Positions 11,906-21,162 of a stretch of DNA of 64,000 bases are shown one piece after another. This DNA is from Pocillopora damicornis. Lineage: Eukaryota. Below the pieces are notes generated by a model. The model was not told where the DNA came from. It saw only the letters and a list, made by a program, of their open reading frames with translations, and ran no database searches. The position numbers were made by a program, and so were the translations under genes. Location of the stretch: contig NW_020846801.1 in NCBI RefSeq assembly GCF_003704095.1, positions 124,001 through 188,000 on the forward strand, given 5' to 3'. Numbering within the stretch: the first letter of the stretch is position 1; every line of letters starts with the position of its first letter.

Positions 11906-12940
11906 ATGGCAGAGAGCTTTTCCGTTAAGCGAGGCCTTGCTGGAATGTTTCATTGGAAAAGTGATAAAAAGGGAGACGAAACTTCGAAAGAAGAGGTTTC
12001 TGAACCAGAAATTCCTAAAGAAGAAACTCCACAACCAGAAACTTCAAAATTAGAAATTCCTGAACAAGAAACTCCTGAACAAGAAACTCTTAAACCAGAT
12101 AAGAAGAAGAATGGACACAGACGACATCGCTCGCTCGTCACCGCTAGCGAGTTGCCAATTCCAAGTTCTGGCGATGAACTAACAGAAGATGAACAAACGA
12201 AAACTCTGGAGGACGAAAAGGAAAAGTCTAAGAGCCGATTCCGACGTAGTCTGACATTCAGACGATCAAAGAAGAAGAAGAAACAACGACAAGAAGAAAA
12301 AGAAAAGCAGGAGCCTCTGCCGATAGAGATCCTTCTAACCCCACCAGTAGTGGACAACCTGAACGCCGAGGAAATTGTTCCACAGCTAGTCAGTCAAGAC
12401 GATGGAAGCCCTGATGTTGGAGTAGAAGGAGTCATAGACGCCATGGGCGAAAACATCGCAGTCCCAGATGTTTCCACAGAAATCCAAGAGATTCAAAGTG
12501 TAGTTTCTGACAAAATCGAACCCGACGGGGACGAATTAATGGAAGTGATCAAGAAAGTTGAGAGTCTCCAGAACCTACAAGACAAGATTGGCGTGCCCTC
12601 AACCGGAACCTACCTAGAAGTGCACGCGATGTTCAAAGGTCTTGGATTAAACACCGACAATTTTCTTCTGGCCAGCTCAATTTCTTCCCTTCTTCAGTAC
12701 GAAATGTCCGTGTGTGCCTATGGTTTTGGCCTTGTAAAACTAGACGTTCTTTGGAATTCCCTGCTGAATCGTGCGCAACAAGCAAAAGAAGCCACAAGAC
12801 AAGTTCTGGTGTATTTCATTAGGCCTTTGATCAAGAAATACCCCCACTACTTCATAACTGCGATTAAACAACGAAAAATGATCGAAAAGGCTCAAAAGAA
12901 GATCGAAGCGGCAAAACCGATTGAAGAGACACTGTTGTGA
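11906..12940 (+). CDS. ~344-aa scaffold-like protein: 5-aa repeats, polybasic motif, PIEILLT, helical C-terminal region, PDZ ligand (ORF4)
   Basis: First ATG in good context (aacATGG) at 11906. Contains E[TI]PEQ-type repeats, SRFRRSLTFRRSKKKKK and PIEILLT, and ends IEETLL*. Confidence 0.8.
   Translation: MAESFSVKRGLAGMFHWKSDKKGDETSKEEVSEPEIPKEETPQPETSKLEIPEQETPEQETLKPDKKKNGHRRHRSLVTASELPIPSSGDELTEDEQTKTLEDEKEKSKSRFRRSLTFRRSKKKKKQRQEEKEKQEPLPIEILLTPPVVDNLNAEEIVPQLVSQDDGSPDVGVEGVIDAMGENIAVPDVSTEIQEIQSVVSDKIEPDGDELMEVIKKVESLQNLQDKIGVPSTGTYLEVHAMFKGLGLNTDNFLLASSISSLLQYEMSVCAYGFGLVKLDVLWNSLLNRAQQAKEATRQVLVYFIRPLIKKYPHYFITAIKQRKMIEKAQKKIEAAKPIEETLL
12003..12100 (+). repeat. 15-bp coding tandem repeat (~6 units, E[TI]PEQ-like)
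   Basis: Units such as aacaagaaactcctg and aaccagaaattccta. Confidence 0.7.
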
Positions 12941-15475
12941 GCAGTAACAAACTTTGAAGAGGGCAGTTTGCGTAGCTCACTTGAATTACAAGAATCTGAC
13001 ATATGAACTGCCATCACGAGCTTAAAAAAAAACGTTTGAGGATTGTGGACATGATCAAAGAACGATGGCTAATTTTTTTTTATTCTATTTTCATTTCAAC
13101 CGCTCAAGAACCTTACTGCTGCCTTTTTTACATATCACATTTTAAAATAAGCTGGTCGTTTTGAAGCTGTTTTAACATTTTCCTCATTACGTAACTGATC
13201 AAGTCACCATGCTATCATGAGTTCCCTTTAACTCTAAAGAAATCAAATCAAGTTATATAACTGAAAAATCCTCGGCATTGACTGTGCGGCGGATGATGGA
13301 CCCACCGCTTTGCATTTTAACAGTTTTCAGTTCTTTGGCATTGCCTTAGAAATCTATCTTTTCGAAATAGTTTATTTCGAAAAAAAAAATAATCGTATCG
13401 CTGAAACGTTTTGTTAAGATTTCAGAAAATATGAATTATTTCATTCAACACTGTGATCAGAAGAAATACGCATAGCCGATGCAATTTGTTCAGTTCGGAG
13501 TTTCTAAGCTCTAGGAGGATATTGCGAGCGAGAGTTTTTTTTTTATTAATTTTTTTAAAGTCATTTCACTGTCATATGATTTCTCCAAATTTTGTAACGC
13601 TCCAAATATTCGGAACTTTAGAAAATGTTTAGGGTTGTAAAGAAACGTAGATGGTTTAATTTGAGAAGAGTTCAAATGTGTTTAATTTTAAAAGCATCGT
13701 TTGAACAAAAATATTTTGGTGAAAAAAAGGCGATTTAAATTTATAGTTCGTTCCGTCTTTTTATTATGTACCAGATTTAGGGAACCAGCAAAAATATTTA
13801 TTTTATAGATTTCAAAATGCATTTTTATTCTTTTGATTTCGAGGGAAGGCTGGTTTATCTGTAAAAAAAATAACAAGATATTAAACGAATATCAAAACAA
13901 ATGCCTTTCAGTCTGTGCGAGTCTGAGATTTCTTAAACAGGAAAAATTGGGCCTGTGGAGTTTTGGACGTTTTCGCTCGAGAGTACTTGACGGAACGTGT
14001 CCTCACTTCATTGTTTAAGCAGAACTTTATGAAAGAGATGTCAGAAAATCATCGTAGCCCTTGAGGGGATCAGCTACCACGCTGTTTTTTCAACCACTGA
14101 AAAAAAAACAAATCCTTTTTACCAAATTCAAGATAGCTATAATTGTAGATTAATTTGAATGTCCTGCTTTCCGTTAGCTTAAGCTTTTTTTCTTCACTCG
14201 CATTGTTGAAGCTGTTTAGCTATGGCACATAAAATTCAGTTTACTCTTTTATCATGGATGGAAAAAATATGTCTCCTCGAAAAAACGGGTTCGACATTCA
14301 TGGGGTAAATGAATAATCGATTGATTGCACCCATAAATAGACCTGTTCGTTGAACTTTAGTCCCCCGAACTTGACCGCCGCGTTTAGTATGAAATAAGTG
14401 AACTGAGACTAGATGAAACAACCGAGAATGACTCCCAAAGCCTTATCAGCAATGTGCCCATTGCGTGCGTTACACTTCACAAGTCGTGAAAAATTGAGCC
14501 TCAATATTTCAGTCGGAAATTTGCAATCTGTACCAATATTTTTCATTCTTAATCACCCTCATGCCTTCATTTCGGTGTTTCCTATCTCAGTTAGCAAACT
14601 AATATTTTAAGCGCGTTTTCCTTCACATTCAATTAAGTTAGCTCGTGGCTACAGATTAGCATGACGTAGTAACCTTTATTAAACTCACATGAGAGTCATA
14701 AGAGAGTCATTTTAAGCTCGACCTTTACTTCGTTTACTTATTGAATCCTCATATACTTCCAAAAAAGGAGCGAGTAAAAGAAAAGTTTATTCTTATCAGG
14801 AACAAACGCATTCTTCTACGGCAAAATATTTTAGGGAATGATGAAATGTTTTTGCCGTTCGCAAGAACCTTCTCTATTGATTAAGAGCGTGCATGTAAAA
14901 TTCTCGAACCGCAACTTAATATAGCGAGGACCAAGTAAAGGATGCAAACAACTGTTCGTGTATTGATCGCTATCGAGAGGGAAACGTTTCGATGAAATAG
15001 CGCTGAAAAAACAGCTTAAAACACGCTCCGTCAAAATGAAGGCTAAGGGAAGTCCACTGTTAAGACAAAAAGCGTTATTTTGAGGTAATTTTTGTGGCTA
15101 ACAGTTTTAAACGGAAAAAGACAAATGAAAATTATATTCGAGGCATCAGAATGAGTGTTGATCTAGTTGTTCACGTTCTTTTCACATGTAAATCACATAT
15201 AAGCTCGTGACACTGCTTACGTGTTTAAAGCACTGCGCTAATTTTTACACCTTGCCAACATGTGGCAGAAAGTTTACGACTTTAAAATTATTCTGATTGG
15301 CTACTAACACTGTAGAACTAACTATATACCCTTTTCCTCTAAACCATAAAATTCGGCTAAACAATCTCAGCGATAAAAGAAAAACGCACATTGCCTAGAT
15401 TGACGACGCGAAAAACTCGATGCCAAGCTGATAAAGCTCTCGTACAAAACACTCGTTAATTTCACGTGCATATGC

Positions 15476-15485
15476 GTCACGTGAC
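15476..15485. promoter_or_regulatory. Perfect CLEAR element GTCACGTGAC upstream of ORF5
   Basis: Exact 10-bp palindrome ~125 bp before ATG 15610, with a second E-box (TCACGTG) at 15462-15468. Confidence 0.45.
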
Positions 15486-15609
15486 TGTCCCTGTGACGAT
15501 CATTGGACAGATTTGATATCTCTCTTTCAGTTAAAATAATTCTAATCATTTCTGTTAAGACAAGTTTGTAACGCAAGCGTTAGGATCTTTCTTAAATTTC
15601 GTATTTAAA

Positions 15610-18333
15610 ATGGCAGAGAGTTCGCAAACAAGTGGAATCGACAAGCAGCTTTTCGGCGCCAAAGACGAACCCGGCCGAAAATCGACGCCAGAAACGCAGG
15701 GCGGAGAAGAGGCAACAAAAGCACAATCTAATGGACGTTTGGAGAGCGGGTTTAAAGGTCAGGAAAGTTCTTATTTTGTTCCCGACAAAAAAAATACTGT
15801 CGATAATTCTGAGATGAATACGGCAGGAAAAGGAGAAATCTTTGCGGAGAAAAAAGCAAGTGAAACGGCAACTGACCGAGAAGAAAGCGCCTCACAGGAC
15901 AGCAAGAAAATCGCAACGACAAAGGAAACAGCTAAAGAAAGTACGAACAAAGAAAGCCAAGGTGAACAGGAGACACAAAGAACTCAAGAGTTAAAGAGCA
16001 ATGAAAAACAAACCCTCAAACCTGATCAAACCAACAGCACCAAAAAGGGGAGATTAAGTTTTCGCCGCTCTAAGAAAGGTAAAATTTCCAAACGCAAAGC
16101 CTCACTCGATGAAGAAAAACGTGTTGAAATTTTGAAATGTGAAACTATCGCAGAGGATCCGAAGATCTTCGAGGAGAAGACGGATGAGATTTGTGACAAA
16201 CGAGCGGATAAAGCTGACGAAGCGAAATTCGAGACTGTTGAAGGTTCGGTGGAGATGGAAAACAGAGAACCGTTTACTTCTCCCGAGGGAGTCCAAAACG
16301 AAAAGTCCACAGCGACGAACAACAAAGGAATGAATATAAAGCAATTTGCAAGTTTCCGTCAAACCACAAAAGGCAAGTACAATGTCAGCCAGACCTTTAA
16401 CACTGACGCATGCGAAGGCCATGGGGAGCGATCTGAAAAATTCGAGAGCCCTGAAGATCGTCAGGATATGGACGTGGAGGAGACTTCGCTCAAACTACCT
16501 GTTGCTGCTGACAAAGGTGAATCGAATGAGAAAGATGATGAGAGAGAAGAAAAAGCGGACCTTAGGAAGAAAGAGACTGGTAAGCAGAAGAAAAAAGTGA
16601 CGGTTCTAAGCTTCAAGCGCAACAAACAAAGTCTTAAAAAACCAAAAGGAAAATCAAGTAAAAAAGACGAAGAAAAAAGTGAAATTAACGCGAGCGCTAA
16701 AATTGGTGTGGGCAAAGAAACTAATGACGTCAACCTTATGGATGGCGGTGCACTACGCAAGCAAGCCGACTGTGAAGAGAAAATTTCAAACAACCGAGAA
16801 GAACGCAAATCGATTGTAGCGGAGGAAGAAGATGCAACAGCAGAGGAGAAATCGGGCTCTGTTGAAGAGAAACAGGGTAATTCTCTCGAAAACGAAGAGA
16901 GCAACGCAGAAAAGGAAGACGGCTCCGCAAAGGCGCATGAAGTGACAACGGAACTTTCACTGAAGAAAAAGAAGAAAGAGAATATTTTGCGTCGTTCATT
17001 GAGGAAGTTTACGAATCCAAGTTCTGTTCCACATGGGAAGAAAAAAACGAAAGGGGATGAAAAAACTGTAAACGCAGATAAGGGAGCCAGAAAGAGGAAT
17101 GAGGAGGAAGACAAGAGTGAATGTTCTGGATTGGAGGAAAGTGTTGAAGAACAAAGTGTCGCCCAAAAAGATACTGAAGAAAAATCGACCGAATGCGAAG
17201 AAAATTCTAAAGCAGTAAAGAGAAAGAAAGAGTTAACAGATAGCAATCGAGAGTTGAAAAGGCAGAGGGAAGATCATGAAATTGAGATCCAAGACAAAGA
17301 TGCGCTCGGAGAAACAGCTGATGTTGTTGTGGTTGTTGAAGTAAAGCAAGACGCAAAAACATCTGAAGTAAAATCAAACGTGGCAGACGATTTAGAGAAT
17401 GGGACAACAAAAGAGCGCAATCGAGAGAAAGAAAATAGCGCTGATGAGTTGAACTGTGAAGGAAACAAAGAGTTGTCGCCACAAAAGAACAAAACCGATG
17501 AACAGGAGGAAGTCAAAGCTGACGTTGAAATTTCTCAAGAGATTATTGCACGCGAAGCTAAACAAATTGAAACATCTGCTGAAGGTCTAGGAGGGCGTGT
17601 AGTCGAAGTACGAGTTGTTATTGACGAACAGGCGAAGAAAAATAAAGAAGAAGAAACTAAGGCTGAAGAAACCAAAGGCAGCAGCGACGAGGGGAATACC
17701 TTCACCGAAATCCAAAGGCAGACAAGTGAAACTAAATCTGAAAGTCGCCACCGCCATCTTGACGGATACGACTCGGATCTTACAGTGGTCACTGCTTTGG
17801 CCTATCCGTTTACCGAAGACGATGAATTGTCAGAAAGCGACACATCGGGAACCGATGCAAATACCGAAGATGACGAAATACAAGCCATTGCCGAGGTACA
17901 CGTAATACCTCCGGAAATTGAGACATCTGGAGTAGAAGGGCTGATGGAAACTACTACCGACCCCGATACCGAAGACGAAGAAGTACGAGTTATTAACGAA
18001 GGAGTGTCTTCGGATACGGGGGTATTACGAGACGGAAACGAAGGCAATGCGAAACTAGTTCCTGGGGGTGAACACGAAGTGGACACCCCTACCCAAAGCA
18101 ATGAATTGGAAAATACATTGACGGCAGAGGAAGAGCCCGCCATACGCGAAGAACAAAATTCACGGAATGGAAGTACTGCGCAGAGTTTACAAAGTTCATT
18201 TCAGAATCCTGCAGAAGAATGGATCATGGTACATCGGCTCGACGTGACTGAAGAGATTGCACTTCGTCTTATGACCGTACTCCCTCGGATCTGTAAGCTG
18301 AGGAGGAATGTATCATGCTGTACGGTCATGTGA
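15610..18333 (+). CDS. 907-aa Glu/Lys-rich disordered protein with polybasic motifs, LIR-like EEWIMV and CaaX (ORF5)
   Basis: Uninterrupted 2.7-kb ORF starting aaaATGG. Contains LSFRRSKK, FASFRQ, LSFKRNK and LRRSLRKF, and ends ICKLRRNVSCCTVM*. AATAAA at ~18370 and ~18769. Confidence 0.88.
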   Translation: MAESSQTSGIDKQLFGAKDEPGRKSTPETQGGEEATKAQSNGRLESGFKGQESSYFVPDKKNTVDNSEMNTAGKGEIFAEKKASETATDREESASQDSKKIATTKETAKESTNKESQGEQETQRTQELKSNEKQTLKPDQTNSTKKGRLSFRRSKKGKISKRKASLDEEKRVEILKCETIAEDPKIFEEKTDEICDKRADKADEAKFETVEGSVEMENREPFTSPEGVQNEKSTATNNKGMNIKQFASFRQTTKGKYNVSQTFNTDACEGHGERSEKFESPEDRQDMDVEETSLKLPVAADKGESNEKDDEREEKADLRKKETGKQKKKVTVLSFKRNKQSLKKPKGKSSKKDEEKSEINASAKIGVGKETNDVNLMDGGALRKQADCEEKISNNREERKSIVAEEEDATAEEKSGSVEEKQGNSLENEESNAEKEDGSAKAHEVTTELSLKKKKKENILRRSLRKFTNPSSVPHGKKKTKGDEKTVNADKGARKRNEEEDKSECSGLEESVEEQSVAQKDTEEKSTECEENSKAVKRKKELTDSNRELKRQREDHEIEIQDKDALGETADVVVVVEVKQDAKTSEVKSNVADDLENGTTKERNREKENSADELNCEGNKELSPQKNKTDEQEEVKADVEISQEIIAREAKQIETSAEGLGGRVVEVRVVIDEQAKKNKEEETKAEETKGSSDEGNTFTEIQRQTSETKSESRHRHLDGYDSDLTVVTALAYPFTEDDELSESDTSGTDANTEDDEIQAIAEVHVIPPEIETSGVEGLMETTTDPDTEDEEVRVINEGVSSDTGVLRDGNEGNAKLVPGGEHEVDTPTQSNELENTLTAEEEPAIREEQNSRNGSTAQSLQSSFQNPAEEWIMVHRLDVTEEIALRLMTVLPRICKLRRNVSCCTVM

Positions 18334-19802
18334 TGGGGTGGAACACCCGCTAGTGGTGTCTAACTGTTGAATAAATACTCGTTAATCAGCGGTTGGATTT
18401 AAAAGCCGCAAAAAAAGGAACAAATTACTTTCTGGAATCACTCATTGGGAGCTTCAAAGTACATCAACAAGTCAAGTGATCATATTTTGCGTGGAAAAAA
18501 AACGGAAAATAATTAGAAAAAGCAAAAACAATACAAAAAGAAAAAAAAGGGAACACGGGTTGTGCTTAAACTCATTAGGTATGTTCTGTATGCAACTGTT
18601 AAGCTTACCTTGTCAAGAGAATGGAAAAGAAAAACACTTCGCGTTGGGAGATCGACTAGAGTTAGACATTTCATCAAACGGAATCAAGGAATATTTATTG
18701 CAAAATTATTTAACTTTGAGCTTGTATTAATATTTTCTTTTTCACTGACGTCGCCTGCATAAGAGCCGAATAAAAAACTAAACTAAGTGTATGGCATATT
18801 CTTAAGGTTTACTACGTAAACAATGCTGCTAAAGTTTGTCGTAAAGGGGGAAACTATATTTCAAAAGTGATCAACTAGCTTTTTCACAACTTATGTCTTT
18901 TCGCTTCCTTTTCTGGACTCGAATTCTTGATAATAAATTTGGAGACTAGAAGCTTTCAGCTTATGTTTCGTTATAGTGGAGCATTAAGAGACTAAGTTTT
19001 ACAAGTAAGTGAGCGCATTATGGTAACGTGAAAAAACAGTCAACATGCGATGGGCGGATTAGCCTAAAGCCACAATGTCATGGTCTGCTCTCTCTGTCTC
19101 GCCCCCTAAAAGACTTTCCCAGAGTATGGTTTTTTCTTTTTTCAGAATGAAAATAATCCACTAGGAAATCTAAATATTTTGGCGGAATTGTTAATAATAA
19201 GTAAACCTTTACCATTTTAACCTGGTCTTAGAAGTCTTTTTTACAATTTCCAGCTGAATACACTGAACTGACGCTCTACGCTTTCGTTGTGTGACAAANN
19301 NNNNNNNNNNNNNNNNNNNNNNNNNNNNNNNNNNNNNNNNNNNNNNNNNNNNNNNNNNNNNNNNNNNNNNNNNNNNNNNNNNNNNNNNNNNNNNNNNNAG
19401 ATTTAATAGACACTTGGAGGTTCCGTCAATATAAAAAATTTCTCTGACGCAGTGTTGTTAGATTGATATATGTCAGTGTTGGCCCCATTACAGAAACTGT
19501 TAGTGAAATGTTGATTCATAAAACAATGCTAAAAGATGGTAGATCACATCTGAGCCAAATGTCTCTTCAACTGTTATAAGAATGATTAGTAAACTAGAAA
19601 ACAATTTCTACAATCTACACTCCAAGATAACTATTCTTCACAAATCATTTAATTTAGGAATTCATGGAGTTAACTCTAATCAATCTCAGAATTTGGTAAC
19701 CAGTGCCTTTCATATATCATTCCTTCTAATGAATAACATAAAAGCTAACAACTGATTTCTGGAGCATACTTCTCTAATACTAACTTTTTTCTTATTTCTT
19801 AC

Positions 19803-21162
19803 CTAACATAGCAAAGATTACCATGATAAAAAACAGCAGAAAGAGCACGTACAGGATTGGGGGAAGTGAAAGTAAAATCTGTCTGAGAACCCTAAAAATT
19901 CAAAGTAAAAGAGAGTGCATGAATCTCATTCAAACAACAGGAAGAAATAACAGTCATTTCAGAAAATAGAAGTTCAAAACAGCCAAAGACATTTTGCTGC
20001 CAACGTCTTGAATTGGTGGATTACCAATCCCAGTGCTCTCTTATCAGGGTATGTTACAGCTTCGTTTCCCCTGATTGGGAGGGTACTCTTTATAGGGTGA
20101 TCCCCAAGATAAACTGATCTGTAGCCCTTGAACAGTGAACCCCAAAACTGGTCCCTCCCTAACATCTATCTTTGAGATGGTGTTATTTCACCATTGATCA
20201 CGAATTTGGTGGGAAAATTCTTCCTGGAGAGATTTTTGGATCCTGTTAATACTCTGAGGTTGGAACAATAAACAAAAAATTTATTTACACAAACCACAGT
20301 GACAATTTTAACTTCAATTTTAACTTACAGAATGAGACTCACCTTCTCACCCCAGAACAGTAATGCGTGTCAATAAGAAAGAGTGGGCGCAGAGATCTTG
20401 TTACTCGAAAATGATTCTCCCTTCTCACCAGCACCACAATGGCTTCTATAAATACCACGCACCAGATAAAAACCTGATGGTAGGTGAAACATTTGAATTG
20501 TTTTAAAGTTGGATTGGTATTTCAGCAAGCCAAAAAACATATTGCCAGACCCATATCGATCTATAATACTTAAGAGGTTCTAGATAGTAAGAATCCCTGT
20601 CATTTTTATCAAACTAAGTACTCCCTCTGAGTCTCACATCCTTTCTAATTACAATTATAATAATGGTGCTAATTATCTTGCTAAACATCCACACCCAGTT
20701 TGTCCAGATAGGGAAATTTCAATCAAGTGTTGAGAACAATCCAAGATTACATTCACTCACTTGGTGATTGGTCCATAAAAGTTTTACTACCTTCTCAATG
20801 AATCAGATGTAAGACTTCAACCAATTGCAGTGTGATAGCTTGTGCACATTTAGTTCCATCCTCTAAGCATTCTGGTTGTTTTTAATTCAAGTCCTGATCA
20901 GCTTCTGGCAATTTCTTTTTCATTTTTCTGGTTGTCGCTGTAATTAATTTGGCTTTGTTTTTTTATACTTTCACTTGAAAAGCCCTCTATCAACCCTTTG
21001 TGATGGAAAATTAATGCATGTTACAACCAAAGTAGCACTGTAATGTACCGTGAAACGCGTTCTCTTATAGGAGAAGAAAAACTTTGCTCCCTGCCATTTC
21101 AGTTTTACAGCAAGTCCAGCAAAGACAATCACCAGTGAGAGAACCTCCACGGCTGCATGAAC
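19803..21162 (-). CDS. TPCN1: Two-pore channel 1, copy B, domain-I exons (partial)
   Basis: Exons 21162-21049, 20473-20343 and 19891-19803 with GT-AG ends, encoding VHAAVEV...YKRTRFT / ...[15 protein letters not shown]...GVR / [12 protein letters not shown]. Paralogous to 42839-41354. Confidence 0.85.

Noticed and set aside
393-18143. Many minus-strand Ser/Phe-rich ORFs overlapping ORF1, ORF4 and ORF5
   Set aside because: Antisense shadows of Glu/Lys-rich coding sequence, with no independent signals.
18905-18925. Short match (tctggactcgaa) to a TPC exon
   Set aside because: About 12 bp with no flanking similarity or splice sites; a chance match.
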